NCBI GenBank assembly: GCA_964466185.1
Contig: CAYXMS010000005.1
Coordinates: 1-53,652, forward strand
Source: an uncultured bacterium
GTDB lineage: Bacteria; Chlamydiota; Chlamydiia; Chlamydiales; SM23-39
DNA: 53,652 nucleotides
Direction of reading: 5' to 3'
The position numbers and the translations under genes were made by a program. Numbering within the stretch: position 1 is the stretch's first letter; the number at the start of each line of letters is the position of its first letter. Positions 9,586 through 19,803 of the stretch are shown here, piece after piece. The notes beneath the pieces were generated by a model. It was not told the origin of the DNA, did not search any database, and saw only the letters and a program-made list of their open reading frames with translations.

Positions 9586-10233
9586 GTGGCAGTGCTTAAA
9601 AAGTATGATTTGAATGGCAAGTCGACAGGAGAAGTGGAAATTGCCGATTCTCTTTTGCAAGGCAAGATATCGAGCCAGCTGGTGAAAGATTATTTAGTTG
9701 CTTTGCATGCTAACAAGCGTCAGTGGTCTGCGCATACTAAAGGACGGGGCGAAGTTAACAAAGCCAAACAAAAAGCCCAGGCTCAGAAGGGGCTTGGCCG
9801 TGCTCGTCATGGAATGCTGTCTGCTCCTCAGTTTAGGAAAGGAGGCGTTGTCCATGGTCCGAAAGCTAAGTTTAACCAGCATGTTAAAATTAACCGTAAG
9901 GCTAAAAAAGCTGTTATTTGTTCTTTGATAGTTGAAAAGGTTAAAGAACAGAAAGCTGTGGTTTTAACAGCAGTGGAGATTGAAAGTCCAAAGACTAAGT
10001 TGCTGGCTGATTTTTTTAAGAAAACAGATTTGGCGAAAGACAAAGTGCTGGTTTTAGCTTCTAAGAAAAATGATAATCTGTTTAAAAGCCTGCGCAACCT
10101 GCCTAAAAAGAATTTTTTCTATTTGAATCAGATTAATGGTTTTGAACTGGCCAACTGTCAGAAACTGGTATTTTTGGATTCAGCTATGGTAGATCTAGAT
10201 GCTGTTTTAAAAAGCAATAAATCGGGGAAATAA
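9586..10233 (+). CDS. rplD: 50S ribosomal protein L4
   Basis: RQWSAHTKGRGEV, QKGLGRARHG, PQFRKGGVVHGP. Confidence 0.97.
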   Translation: MAVLKKYDLNGKSTGEVEIADSLLQGKISSQLVKDYLVALHANKRQWSAHTKGRGEVNKAKQKAQAQKGLGRARHGMLSAPQFRKGGVVHGPKAKFNQHVKINRKAKKAVICSLIVEKVKEQKAVVLTAVEIESPKTKLLADFFKKTDLAKDKVLVLASKKNDNLFKSLRNLPKKNFFYLNQINGFELANCQKLVFLDSAMVDLDAVLKSNKSGK

Positions 10234-10239
10234 AAAATT

Positions 10240-10572
10240 ATGACGAAAAGCCCTTATGAGATTATTAAAAGTCGCCGTGTAACAGAAAAGGCTAATATGT
10301 TGCTGCATTTAAAAGACAGCAAGTCAAGCCGTAGTCTGGCTAAATATGAGAATCCCAAATATGTATTTATGGTGGACAAAAAATCTAACAAGACTGAAAT
10401 TAAAAAGGCTTTGGAAAAAATTTATGCGAAAAAGAACATAAAAGTAGTTTCTGTAAATACTATTTGTGTGAAACCTAAAGCCCGTCGTTTTCGTGGGCGC
10501 AAGGGAATGATGAAAGGTTTTAAAAAAGCTGTTGTGACTCTGCGTAAAAATGACAGCATAGACGAGGAATAA
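10240..10572 (+). CDS. rplW: 50S ribosomal protein L23
   Basis: [25 protein letters not shown]. Confidence 0.96.
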   Translation: MTKSPYEIIKSRRVTEKANMLLHLKDSKSSRSLAKYENPKYVFMVDKKSNKTEIKKALEKIYAKKNIKVVSVNTICVKPKARRFRGRKGMMKGFKKAVVTLRKNDSIDEE

Positions 10573-10588
10573 AAGAAGGCTAAAAATT

Positions 10589-11431
10589 ATGAGCAAAAAA
10601 TTTAATCCTGTAACTCCCAGTTTAAGAACTTTGGTGCTGCCGAGTTTTGATGAATTGGACATAAGGACCAAAGGCGGAGAAAAAAGCCTGCTGAGAAAGA
10701 AAAAACGGATTTCTGGCCGTAATAATAATGGCCATATTACTTGTCGTCATCGTGGTGGTGGGCATAAGAGGAAATATCGTATTATTGATTTTGTGCGCAG
10801 CAAGGAAAATATTTTAGCCAAAGTGGCATCTATTGAGTATGATCCGAACCGTTCTGCTTTTATTGCTCTTTTGCATTATGCTGATGGGGAAAAGAGCTAT
10901 ATTTTAGCGCCGCAGGGTTTGCGTGTAGGCGATAAGGTGCAGACATCGGACGAGAGTGAATTTGATGTAGGCTGCTGCATGCGTCTTAAGAAAATGCCGG
11001 TCGGTTCAATTGTCCACAATATTGAAATTAAGCCGGGAAGAGGTGGCAAGCTTGTGCGTTCTGCTGGTTTGTCTGCGCAGCTTTTAGCGCGCCGGGAAGG
11101 CTATGCAGCTATTAAGATGCCTTCTGGTGAAATCCGTTTGATTCATGAAAACTGTCGGGCTACGTTTGGTATTCTTTCTAATTTTGAAAACAATTTAAGA
11201 GTAGAAAGCAAAGCTGGTCGCAAGCGCTGGAGAGGTGTCCGTCCGACTGTTCGCGGTGTGGCTATGAACCCGATCGATCACCCTCACGGGGGAGGGGAAG
11301 GCCGCAGCAAGGGAAATCATCCAAAAACTCCTTGGTCCAAATCCTGTAAGGGAAAAAAGACTAGATGCGGTAAAAAAAGCCAAAAATGGATTATTAAGAA
11401 GCGTAAAAAGAAAAAGAAATTAGGCAGGTAG
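10589..11431 (+). CDS. rplB: 50S ribosomal protein L2
   Basis: [35 protein letters not shown]. Confidence 0.98.
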   Translation: MSKKFNPVTPSLRTLVLPSFDELDIRTKGGEKSLLRKKKRISGRNNNGHITCRHRGGGHKRKYRIIDFVRSKENILAKVASIEYDPNRSAFIALLHYADGEKSYILAPQGLRVGDKVQTSDESEFDVGCCMRLKKMPVGSIVHNIEIKPGRGGKLVRSAGLSAQLLARREGYAAIKMPSGEIRLIHENCRATFGILSNFENNLRVESKAGRKRWRGVRPTVRGVAMNPIDHPHGGGEGRSKGNHPKTPWSKSCKGKKTRCGKKSQKWIIKKRKKKKKLGR

Positions 11432-11439
11432 GAAATTTT

Positions 11440-11748
11440 ATGGGAAGATCGCTTAAAAAAGGTCCTTTTGTGGATCATCATTTGACTAAAAAGATAGAAA
11501 AAATGAATCAGGCAGAAAAGAAAAATCCGATTAAGACTTGGTCCCGCCGTTCTTTAATTATACCTGATATGATTGGCCATACTTTTGAAGTGCATAACGG
11601 AAAAAAATTTGTTGTAGTATTTGTTTCAGAGAACATGGTGGGCCATTGTTTGGGAGAATTTGCTCCGACCAGAACTTTTAAAGGCCATCCTTTGAATAAG
11701 AAAACGAAGGAAGAAGGAGCTGCTAAGAAAGGAGCTGCCAAGAAATGA
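11440..11748 (+). CDS. rpsS: 30S ribosomal protein S19
   Basis: [27 protein letters not shown]; short [10 protein letters not shown] tail. Confidence 0.98.
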   Translation: MGRSLKKGPFVDHHLTKKIEKMNQAEKKNPIKTWSRRSLIIPDMIGHTFEVHNGKKFVVVFVSENMVGHCLGEFAPTRTFKGHPLNKKTKEEGAAKKGAAKK

Positions 11749-12080
11749 AAACAGTAAAAGCAATGACTAAATATGTCAGGATCAGCCCTAAAAAAGCATT
11801 TTTAGCTGCTGGTTTAATTCGCGGTTTAAAAGCACAAGAGGCTCTTGTGCAGCTGAAGTTTTCCAGTTTAAAAGGCGCCCGCCATTTATTAAAAACATTA
11901 AAAAGCGCAATTGCCAATGCTGAGACTAGAGAAGACTGGAAAAGGGAAACTCTAACAGTTTCAGAGGTTAGAGTGGACGAAGGACTTAGGCTGAAAAGAG
12001 CGAAAGCCAGATCTCGCGGCAGTCAGGTTCCGGTGATCAAGAGGACTAGTCATTTTACGGTTGTGCTCAAACAGGTGTAA
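11745..12080 (+). CDS. rplV: 50S ribosomal protein L22
   Basis: [21 protein letters not shown]. Confidence 0.97.
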   Translation: MKTVKAMTKYVRISPKKAFLAAGLIRGLKAQEALVQLKFSSLKGARHLLKTLKSAIANAETREDWKRETLTVSEVRVDEGLRLKRAKARSRGSQVPVIKRTSHFTVVLKQV

Positions 12081-12092
12081 GAGAGGAAAAAT

Positions 12093-12725
12093 ATGGGACA
12101 AAAAGTATCGCCTACAGGTTTTCGTTTAGTGACTCGCAAAAAGTGGCTGTCTAGCTGGTTTGCCAATAAAAAAGAATTTGGGGATTTGCTGGCGCAAGAC
12201 CGTTTGATCCGCAATTTTTTAAAGGCCAAGTCTTTTTGCGTAGGGGCGTCTAGATTTAGTATTAAGCGAATGAGCGGTAAAATAGAAGTTACGATTCATA
12301 CAGCCCGTCCGGGGCTTGTGATTGGCAAGCGCGGAGCTGATATTGAAACCTTGAAAAAAGAGCTTAAAAAGCTGACTGGTTCTGAGGTTTGGATTGAAGT
12401 AGAAGAAGTTAAGAGGCCTGATTTAGAAGCTCAGTTAGTGGCTGATTCTTTGGCTAAGCAGCTGCAGCGTCGCATGCCTTATAAAAGAATTATGAAAAAA
12501 GCTTTGCAGGCGTCTATGGATGCCGGGGCGTTAGGGGTTAAGCTGCAACTTTCCGGCCGTTTGGGCGGTGCTGAAATTGCACGTACGGAAGGGTATAAAA
12601 GAGGAAAGATTCCTTTGCATACTCTGCGTGCTAATATTGACTATGCCGATTCTCGGGCGGAAACTACTTATGGGACTATAGGCGTAAAAGTTTGGATTAA
12701 TAAAGGCGAAGAGCCGATTGCATAA
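12093..12725 (+). CDS. rpsC: 30S ribosomal protein S3
   Basis: MGQKV.P.GFRL, RPGLVIG, GRLGGAEIAR, PLHTLRANIDY. Confidence 0.98.
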   Translation: MGQKVSPTGFRLVTRKKWLSSWFANKKEFGDLLAQDRLIRNFLKAKSFCVGASRFSIKRMSGKIEVTIHTARPGLVIGKRGADIETLKKELKKLTGSEVWIEVEEVKRPDLEAQLVADSLAKQLQRRMPYKRIMKKALQASMDAGALGVKLQLSGRLGGAEIARTEGYKRGKIPLHTLRANIDYADSRAETTYGTIGVKVWINKGEEPIA

Positions 12726-12744
12726 CAGATAGGGAGAAGAGATT

Positions 12745-13164
12745 ATGCCAATGCAGCCAGGTAAAACGAAATATCGCAAGTGTCAAAAAGGCCAATTTGC
12801 TGGACTGACTAAAGGGGGTGGCTTTGTTGAATTTGGAGATTTTGGTATGCAGGCCCAGGAAAGGGGCTGGATTACAGCGCGGCAGATAGAAGCTTGTCGT
12901 GTGGCAATCAATCGCCATTTGAACCGCAAGGGAAAAGTCTGGATCCGTATTTTTCCGGACAAACCGGTGACTAAAAAACCGGCTGAGACTCGTATGGGAA
13001 AGGGAAAAGGCGGAACAGATCAGTGGGTTGCGGTAGTTAAACCGGGCCGGGTGTTATTTGAAGTTGGGGGTTCTAATAAGAAAGAAGCGCAAACAGCTTT
13101 AAGGCTGGCTTCTGCAAAGCTGGGACTTAAGACCCGTTTTGTTGAACGGATTGAGCGCGTGTAA
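12745..13164 (+). CDS. rplP: 50S ribosomal protein L16
   Basis: [24 protein letters not shown]. Confidence 0.98.
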   Translation: MPMQPGKTKYRKCQKGQFAGLTKGGGFVEFGDFGMQAQERGWITARQIEACRVAINRHLNRKGKVWIRIFPDKPVTKKPAETRMGKGKGGTDQWVAVVKPGRVLFEVGGSNKKEAQTALRLASAKLGLKTRFVERIERV

Positions 13165-13188
13165 AGTATATAGACAAAGGAAAGAAAT

Positions 13189-13395
13189 ATGTCGCACATG
13201 CAGGAAATGAAGGATTTAACCGAAGAGCAGTTACAAGCTCTTTTGGCTGATTTAAATCAGGAAATTTATGATTTGAAATGTCAGCTCTCAGCTGCGCGCA
13301 AACTGGAAAAGCCGCACCTTTTAAAAGAAAAGAAAAAAGACCGTGCGCGGGTACTTTTTATATTAGCAGAAAAAAAGAGGTTAGTTAAGTCATGA
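13189..13395 (+). CDS. rpmC: 50S ribosomal protein L29
   Basis: Size, position, LEKPHLLK..KKDRAR. Confidence 0.92.
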   Translation: MSHMQEMKDLTEEQLQALLADLNQEIYDLKCQLSAARKLEKPHLLKEKKKDRARVLFILAEKKRLVKS

Positions 13396-13622
13396 GAACA
13401 CAGCGTAAGATTTTAGAAGGCGTAGTTGTTTCCAGTAAAATGAGCAAGACGGCGATCGTCAGGGTTGTCAGCAGGTTCCGACATCCTAAATATAACAAGT
13501 TAGTGAAAAGAAGTAAAAAATACTATGCCCATGCAAATATGCAAGTTAAAGAGGGGCAGGCGGTCAGGATTAGACATTGCCGTCCTCTTTCTAAAACCAA
13601 AAGATGGATAGTTATAGGGTAG
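13392..13622 (+). CDS. rpsQ: 30S ribosomal protein S17
   Basis: GVVVSSKMSKT, HPKY.K, RPLSKTKRW. Confidence 0.97.
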   Translation: MRTQRKILEGVVVSSKMSKTAIVRVVSRFRHPKYNKLVKRSKKYYAHANMQVKEGQAVRIRHCRPLSKTKRWIVIG

Positions 13623-13631
13623 GTAAAGGAT

Positions 13632-14000
13632 ATGATTCAACAAGAAACAGAATTAGCAGTAGCGGACAATAGCGGAGCTCGCAAGGTAAAGTGTTTTAAA
13701 GTTTTGGGCGGCAGCAAAAAAAGATATGCCCAAGCGGGCAGTATTATTGTCTGTTCGGTAAAAGAGGCTGATCCGCATAGCAGTATTAAAAAGGGATCTA
13801 TAGTGAAAGCTGTAGTTGTCAGAACTAAAAATTTTATTCGCAGGCCTGATGGTTCTAAGCTGCGTTTTTATGATAACAGCTGTGTTATATTAGGCGATAA
13901 AAATGAGCCTAAGGGAACTAGGATTTTTGGACCGATTGTCAGGGAGTTAAGGCATAAAGGTTTTTTAAAGATCTGTTCATTGGCGCCAGAAGTAATTTAA
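13632..14000 (+). CDS. rplN: 50S ribosomal protein L14
   Basis: MIQQET.L.VADNSGA, GTRIFGP, SLAPEVI. Confidence 0.98.
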   Translation: MIQQETELAVADNSGARKVKCFKVLGGSKKRYAQAGSIIVCSVKEADPHSSIKKGSIVKAVVVRTKNFIRRPDGSKLRFYDNSCVILGDKNEPKGTRIFGPIVRELRHKGFLKICSLAPEVI

Positions 14001-14032
14001 AGCAGAAGTAATTTATTAGAGGGATCTAAGTT

Positions 14033-14377
14033 ATGAGCAAGTGGATTTGTAAAGGAGATAAGGTAATTGTAATTACTGGTAATGACAAGGGCAAGACAGG
14101 AGACGTTTTGGCTCGTCGTAAGGACAGGGTCTTGGTACAGGGTGTAAACGTTCGTAAACGCCATGTTAAAAAATCCCAAGAGACGCAGAACGCACAGATT
14201 TTATCGATTGAAAGGGCGGTGAATGTTTCCAATGTTGCTTTATGCGACAAAGAAGGCAGCAGGATTAAAGTTAAGGTTAAACAAAAAAATGGTAAAAATG
14301 CCGAACTGGTATATGAGAAAAACGGCAAAGAAGTATTGTTTAGAGCATTAAAAAAGAAAAAGAAAGGCGGCAAGTAA
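14033..14377 (+). CDS. rplX: 50S ribosomal protein L24
   Basis: KOW motif KGDKVIVITGNDKGKTG, VSNV. Confidence 0.97.
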   Translation: MSKWICKGDKVIVITGNDKGKTGDVLARRKDRVLVQGVNVRKRHVKKSQETQNAQILSIERAVNVSNVALCDKEGSRIKVKVKQKNGKNAELVYEKNGKEVLFRALKKKKKGGK

Positions 14378-14380
14378 GTT

Positions 14381-14929
14381 ATGTCCAGGTTGCAAGAAAA
14401 ATTTAACAAAGAGATTTTGTCTCAATTAAAGCAGCGTTTTTCTGAAAAAAATGTTATGCAGTTGCCTAGGCTAAAAAAAATTATTATCAGCATGGGGGTA
14501 GCGGAAGCTGCTCAAGACAAGAGTTTTTTACAGCAGCATATTGAAGAGCTGACCATGATTTCTTCTCAAAAACCGGTTATTATCAAAGCCAAGAAAGCAA
14601 TTTCTAATTTCAAGTTGAAAGTGGGACAAGTAATTGGTTTAAAAGTAACTTTGCGTAAAAAAAGAATGTATGATTTTTTAGACCGCTTTTGTAATATTGT
14701 CTGTCCTCGTATTCGTGATTTTCGCGGTTTTAAAGAGCGGGGAGATGGTAAAGGCAATTATAGTTTAGGAATTGAAGACCAGCAAGTGTTTCCTGAAGTG
14801 GATTTGGACAAAGTCAAGCGAGTGCAAGGTATGAATATCACCTTAGTAACTTCCACTTCTGATGATGCAGAGTCTAAAGAGTTGTTAACTTTGCTGGGCT
14901 TTCCTTTAAAAAAATCTAAAGAGAGTTAA
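14381..14929 (+). CDS. rplE: 50S ribosomal protein L5
   Basis: [28 protein letters not shown]. Confidence 0.98.
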   Translation: MSRLQEKFNKEILSQLKQRFSEKNVMQLPRLKKIIISMGVAEAAQDKSFLQQHIEELTMISSQKPVIIKAKKAISNFKLKVGQVIGLKVTLRKKRMYDFLDRFCNIVCPRIRDFRGFKERGDGKGNYSLGIEDQQVFPEVDLDKVKRVQGMNITLVTSTSDDAESKELLTLLGFPLKKSKES

Positions 14930-14945
14930 TCGGAGAAAATAAAAT

Positions 14946-15335
14946 ATGACATTTAACGATCCAATTGCCGAGCTTTTGAACAAGATTGTAAATGCTGGAA
15001 AAGCGGAGCATCGCTATGTGGATATTAGAAGCAGCAAAGCCAAATTGGCTATTATTCAGATTTTAAAAGAGCAGGGTTTTGTTCAAAGGTTTTTACCGAA
15101 AGAAAAATCTTTTGTGCGGATTTTTTTGAAATATCACAAAAACCGCCAGCCTGCCATTAGAGGACTGAAGAGGGTATCTTCTCCTGGTATGCGTGTTTAT
15201 GCCGGCAGGGACAAATTGCCGAAAGTGCAAAGCGGTTTGGGCGTAGCGATCATATCTACTTCTAAGGGAGTAATGGATGATGAAAAAGCGCGCGAGAACG
15301 GTTTGGGCGGAGAAGTTTTATGTTATGTATGGTAG
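14946..15335 (+). CDS. rpsH: 30S ribosomal protein S8
   Basis: DPIA, RVSSPGMRVY, STSKGVM, GGEVLCYVW. Confidence 0.98.
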   Translation: MTFNDPIAELLNKIVNAGKAEHRYVDIRSSKAKLAIIQILKEQGFVQRFLPKEKSFVRIFLKYHKNRQPAIRGLKRVSSPGMRVYAGRDKLPKVQSGLGVAIISTSKGVMDDEKARENGLGGEVLCYVW

Positions 15336-15344
15336 AGGAGTATT

Positions 15345-15896
15345 ATGTCAAGACTAGCTAAAAAAGCGATAGCGCTTCCTAAAGGAGTAGAAGTTAAGAT
15401 TAGCAAAGATGGGGTGATGGTTAAAGGGCCGAAGGGTTCTTTATCCCGCAAACTGTATGAAGGAATAGCTGCTAAGGTCAGTGAAGATGGAATCATGGTG
15501 ACACAGGAAGGCAGGAAAATCTCTAAAGCCATGCTTGGGCTTTACTGGGCTTTAATCAGGAATATGGTAGAGGGCGTCAGTAAAGGATTTGAAAAAAGAC
15601 TGTCTTTGGTAGGTGTTGGTTTTCGTGCTTCTGTACGCGGCCGTGATTTGGATTTGCAGATTGGCTATTCTCATCCGACCTGTTTAAAAATTCCAGAGGA
15701 GTTGCAGGTAAAAGTAGATCCTAAGGCTTTGGAAATTATTATTACCGGCATTGACAAGCAACTAGTTGGCGGCTTTGCTGCTGATGTACGCAGTTTGCGC
15801 AAGCCGGAGCCTTATAAAGGCAAAGGCATTCGTTATACCGGTGAGTATGTACGTAAGAAAGCGGGCAAATCTGCGAAGTCTGCATCTGCAGGTTAA
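15345..15896 (+). CDS. rplF: 50S ribosomal protein L6
   Basis: VKGPKG, GVGFRA, GYSHP, PEPYKGKGIRY. Confidence 0.98.
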   Translation: MSRLAKKAIALPKGVEVKISKDGVMVKGPKGSLSRKLYEGIAAKVSEDGIMVTQEGRKISKAMLGLYWALIRNMVEGVSKGFEKRLSLVGVGFRASVRGRDLDLQIGYSHPTCLKIPEELQVKVDPKALEIIITGIDKQLVGGFAADVRSLRKPEPYKGKGIRYTGEYVRKKAGKSAKSASAG

Positions 15897-15928
15897 TTTA
15901 TGAGAAGAGATAAGTAAAAGAGGAAAAA

Positions 15929-16288
15929 ATGGAAAACAATCTTTTAAAAAGAAACCAGTCTAGAAAAAGGCGCAATTATCACGTTAAAAACAGTTTGAAA
16001 AGCCGTTTTCGTCTGCGTGTAAGTAAGAGCAACAAGCATATTTCTGCCCAGTTGATTGACAGAGAACAAAGGCGTACTTTAGCGTCTATAGGTACTTTTT
16101 CCAAAAAATTTACCGGCGCTCAGAAAAAAAAATCAAAAGAATCTGCTGCTGTGGTAGGCGAGGAAATAGCTAAGATTGCGTTGGAAAAGCAGATTAAGGA
16201 AGTGGCTTTTGATCGTGGCCGTTTTAAATATCATGGACTGATTGCTATTTTAGCAGATGCGGCCCGCAAGACAGGTTTAAAATTTTAA
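15929..16288 (+). CDS. rplR: 50S ribosomal protein L18
   Basis: RL.V.KSNKHISAQLID, FDRG.FKYHG. Confidence 0.97.
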   Translation: MENNLLKRNQSRKRRNYHVKNSLKSRFRLRVSKSNKHISAQLIDREQRRTLASIGTFSKKFTGAQKKKSKESAAVVGEEIAKIALEKQIKEVAFDRGRFKYHGLIAILADAARKTGLKF

Positions 16289-16305
16289 ATTGGGAATATG
16301 AGGAC

Positions 16306-16818
16306 ATGTTAAAAAAAGGCGAAAGAAGACAAGATCAGGCGGAAAAAGAATTAGATGAAAAGGTGCTTTATATTAACCGCAGCACAAAAGTTGTCAAAGG
16401 CGGCCGTAAATTTAATTTTTCGGCGCTGATTTTGGTTGGCGACCGTCAAGGGCATGTTGGCTTTGGTTTTGGTAAAGCTAACGAGGTGTCTGATGCAATC
16501 CGCAAAGGAACGGAACAGGCTCGTAAAAATATTTTTACTTTTGAGATGGAAGGCGATACGATTCCTCATGAAATTATTGTACAATGGGATGGCGCTGAAG
16601 TAATGTTGAAGCCGGCGCGTGAAGGCCGGGGCATTATTGCCGGTTCGATTGTACGTTCTATTTTAGAGTTGGCAGGAATCAAGGATGTAGTGGCCAAAAG
16701 TTTGGGTTCTAATAATCCGATGAATCAGGTCAGAGCTACAATTAAGGCTTTAAAAAGTTTAACAAATCGCGAACAAGTGCTTTCTTTAAGGGGCGCGGGC
16801 AAAGAGGAAACAGAATAA
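16306..16818 (+). CDS. rpsE: 30S ribosomal protein S5
   Basis: KVVKGGRKF, GFGKANEV, GRGIIAG, GSNNPMN. Confidence 0.98.
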   Translation: MLKKGERRQDQAEKELDEKVLYINRSTKVVKGGRKFNFSALILVGDRQGHVGFGFGKANEVSDAIRKGTEQARKNIFTFEMEGDTIPHEIIVQWDGAEVMLKPAREGRGIIAGSIVRSILELAGIKDVVAKSLGSNNPMNQVRATIKALKSLTNREQVLSLRGAGKEETE

Positions 16819-16819
16819 T

Positions 16820-17467
16820 ATGACAGAACTTTTCCAATTAAAAAATACTAGTGTGAAACGTAAAAACGTGCAGCGTGTCGGAAGAGGTCCGGGTTCTGGC
16901 CGGGGAAAAACTTCTTGTCGCGGGCATAAAGGCGCTAAAAGCCGCAGCGGATATAGGCATAGATATGGCTATGAGGGCGGGCAGGGCCGTCTTTTTACTA
17001 GGCTGCCTAACAGAGGCTTTACCCGAGGCCGCCATTTAAGGCCTTTTTATGAGCTTAATTTAGGTAAGTTTTCCAAGTTTTTTCAGGATGGAGAAATTGT
17101 TTCTTTGGAAAGTTTGCAAGAAAAAAAGTTGATTTCCAAAGATAAATTTTACGGTTTGAAAATTTTGGCCAATGGCGAACTTGAGATGAAGCCTAAAAAA
17201 GTTATTGCCAATGCTATTTCGGCGGCGGCCCATGAAAAACTGCAAAAATTAAATATTGAATTAGAGCTGGTAGGCAAAAAATCTGCCGCTTCTGATAAAG
17301 CGGAAAAAAATGAGCCGGCAGAGAAAAGCAAAAAGCCGGTATCTAAAAAAACTGAGAAGGTAAAAGCTGCACCCAAAACTGTTAAAAAGACAGTTAAGAA
17401 AAAAGCGGCTATTTCAAAAGGGCAAGACAGTAAAAAAGCCAAAAACACTAAAAAAGGCCAAGCATAG
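16820..17467 (+). CDS. rplO: 50S ribosomal protein L15 with long Lys/Ala-rich C-terminal extension
   Basis: RVGRGPGSGRGKT, GHKG, YEGGQ; about 65 extra residues after the L15 core. Confidence 0.96.
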   Translation: MTELFQLKNTSVKRKNVQRVGRGPGSGRGKTSCRGHKGAKSRSGYRHRYGYEGGQGRLFTRLPNRGFTRGRHLRPFYELNLGKFSKFFQDGEIVSLESLQEKKLISKDKFYGLKILANGELEMKPKKVIANAISAAAHEKLQKLNIELELVGKKSAASDKAEKNEPAEKSKKPVSKKTEKVKAAPKTVKKTVKKKAAISKGQDSKKAKNTKKGQA

Positions 17468-17473
17468 TTTTCC

Positions 17474-18838
17474 ATGATTGCTACGATTAAAAAAGTTTTT
17501 AAAATGCCGGAGCTTAGGCAGAAAATTATAGCCACCTTGCTTTTGCTATTTGTCTGCCGGATTGGCGCTGCCATACCAGTTCCCGGCATTAACAGCGAAG
17601 CTGCTGCCGAGATGTTTCGGCAGGCTACTGGCGGCGGCCAGAATTTATTTCAGCTGATGGACATGTTCTCTGGCGGTGCTTTTGCCAATATGACGGTAAC
17701 GGCTTTAGGCGTGATGCCTTATATTTCCGCTTCGATTATTTTACAGCTGGTGGTAGCTTTGGCACCTTCTGTGCAAAGAGAGATGAAGGAAAATCCGGAG
17801 CAGGGCAAAAGAAAAATTGGCAAATGGACCAGGCTGGGCACTATGGCCTTGGCTTTATTTCAATCGCTGTTATTTGCCAAGTATCTATTTCATCACTTGC
17901 ACCGTTCTTCTAAAGTTTTAATTATTTCTGAATTTTCCGATGTGCAGATTATGGGAATTCCTTGGTTTTTCTATTTAACTGTTATGCTGACCATGACGGC
18001 AGGAACTTTGTTTTTAATGTGGATTGGGGAGAGAATTTCGGAAAAGGGAGTCGGCAACGGCATTAGTTTGATTATTACTATTGGTATTTTAGCTTCTCTG
18101 CCATCAACTGTTGGTTCTATTATCAAGCAGCTGAACTTGGAATCTCAGGAAGCTGGGCATTTGAGCTTTTCTTCTTTGATAGTTTTAGTTTCAGTTTTTG
18201 TTTTAGTAATTATAGGAACTATTTTAGTAATTCAGGGTCAAAGGAAAGTTCCTTTGCAATATGCTAGGCAGTCGGTTACTTCGGCCCAAGGCTCTTCTTA
18301 TCTGCCGTTAAAAATTAATTATGCTGGAGTGATTCCGGTGATTTTTGCCTCTTCGATTTTATCATTTCCTGCGCTCGTTGGCCAGTTTTTAGGTCAAGTT
18401 TCCTGGTTTGGCCGTTTTACGAGAATGCTGGTTCCCGGCAGTACTGTATATACAATTTTATACGTAGCATTAATTTTATTTTTTACATTCTTTTGGACTG
18501 CTACGCAGTTTCATCCTGAGCAAATAGCCTCTGACATGAAAAAAAACGGGGCTTTTATTCCAGGTATCCGCCAGGGGCATCCGACGCAGGATTATTTGCA
18601 TAACACAATGAGCAGGATCACCTTTTTAGGGGGTGTTTTTCTGGCTTTGATTGCTGTTTTCCCCATGCTGGTAAGTAAATTTATGAATGTAGACTATAAT
18701 ATAGCCCATTTTTTTGGAGGCACTTCGCTTTTGATTTTGGTAGGTGTTATTTTGGATACTGCCAAGCAGATTGAGTCGCATCTTTTGATGCAGCGCTATG
18801 ATGGGTTTATGAAAAGAGGGCGTCTGATGGGGCGCTGA
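17474..18838 (+). CDS. secY: Preprotein translocase subunit SecY
   Basis: IPVPG, LGVMPYISASII, GNGISL, GVIPVIFASS, FIPGIRQG, GGTSLLI. Confidence 0.98.
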   Translation: MIATIKKVFKMPELRQKIIATLLLLFVCRIGAAIPVPGINSEAAAEMFRQATGGGQNLFQLMDMFSGGAFANMTVTALGVMPYISASIILQLVVALAPSVQREMKENPEQGKRKIGKWTRLGTMALALFQSLLFAKYLFHHLHRSSKVLIISEFSDVQIMGIPWFFYLTVMLTMTAGTLFLMWIGERISEKGVGNGISLIITIGILASLPSTVGSIIKQLNLESQEAGHLSFSSLIVLVSVFVLVIIGTILVIQGQRKVPLQYARQSVTSAQGSSYLPLKINYAGVIPVIFASSILSFPALVGQFLGQVSWFGRFTRMLVPGSTVYTILYVALILFFTFFWTATQFHPEQIASDMKKNGAFIPGIRQGHPTQDYLHNTMSRITFLGGVFLALIAVFPMLVSKFMNVDYNIAHFFGGTSLLILVGVILDTAKQIESHLLMQRYDGFMKRGRLMGR

Positions 18839-18914
18839 GAAAATTAAAAAAAAGAATTAGTTTTGTAGCATAAGATTTTTATGTTAAAATGATAAGCCAA
18901 AAAGGATAGGAAAA

Positions 18915-19283
18915 ATGGTAAGAATTGTTGGTAGGGACATACCTGATAATAAAAGATTAGAGATTAGTTTGACTTATATTTATGGCATTGGCCCGAGCAT
19001 GTCTAGAAAAATTATTGCTGAATTAGGGCTGGATCCTAGTAAGAAGGCTAAAACTTTAACCTCTGATGAGATCGCCAAAATCAATACTGTGCTTTCTTCT
19101 AAATATGCAGTCGAGGGTGATTTGAGAAGACAGGTGCAAAACGATATTAAAAGACTGGTAAACATTCATTGTTATCGTGGTTTGCGCCATCGTGTAGGTC
19201 TGCCTGTCCATGGTCAAAGGACCCGTTCTAATGCTCGTACGCGTAAAGGTAAAAAAAGAATAGTAGCCAACAAGAAAATGTAA
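18915..19283 (+). CDS. rpsM: 30S ribosomal protein S13
   Basis: LTYIYGIG, EGDLRR, YRGLRH, LPVHGQRTRSNARTRKG. Confidence 0.98.
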   Translation: MVRIVGRDIPDNKRLEISLTYIYGIGPSMSRKIIAELGLDPSKKAKTLTSDEIAKINTVLSSKYAVEGDLRRQVQNDIKRLVNIHCYRGLRHRVGLPVHGQRTRSNARTRKGKKRIVANKKM

Positions 19284-19296
19284 GGAGTGAAAAGCT

Positions 19297-19782
19297 TTGG
19301 GAAAGAAAGTAGAAAAGAAACAGCAGAAAAAACAGGTTATTAATAAGGGCGCTAAAGGCGTCAAGAGTGGTAAGGGAGCTAAAGGCAAAGAGCAGGGGCT
19401 TAAGAAGAAAATCAGACGCAGAGCTTCCCGCACCGTACCAATGGGAATAGCCCATGTTAAAGCTACTTTTAACAATACAGTTGTTTCCTTTACGGATTTG
19501 GCTGGCAACGTCCTGACCTGGGCATCGGCTGGAACCTGTAATTTTTCCGGTTCTAGAAAATCTTCAGCTTTTGCTGGAACAGTAGCCGCTCAGAAGGCAG
19601 CCAAGGAAGCAGCTATGAGCTATGGTATGAAAGAATGTGAAGTTAATTTAAAAGGGCCGGGTTCTGGCCGGGAATCTGCAGTCCGAGGCATTCAAAGCTC
19701 AGGACTGAATATTACCATAATTCGTGACAAGACCCCTGTTCCGCATAATGGCTGTAGGCCCCGCAAACGCAGACGTGTTTAA
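19297..19782 (+). CDS. rpsK: 30S ribosomal protein S11 with Lys/Gly-rich N-terminal extension
   Basis: HVKATFNNT, GPGSGRESA, PVPHNGCRP; TTG start after AAGGAG. Confidence 0.96.
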   Translation: MGKKVEKKQQKKQVINKGAKGVKSGKGAKGKEQGLKKKIRRRASRTVPMGIAHVKATFNNTVVSFTDLAGNVLTWASAGTCNFSGSRKSSAFAGTVAAQKAAKEAAMSYGMKECEVNLKGPGSGRESAVRGIQSSGLNITIIRDKTPVPHNGCRPRKRRRV

Positions 19783-19803
19783 AATTTAGAGGAGTAAAAA
19801 ACA

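Noticed and set aside
18863-18889. dif-like sequence TTGTAGCATAA-gattt-TTATGTTAAAA between secY and rpsM
   Set aside because: The central spacer is 5 nt rather than 6, and the site lies inside the ribosomal operon; more likely a small mRNA hairpin or a chance match.
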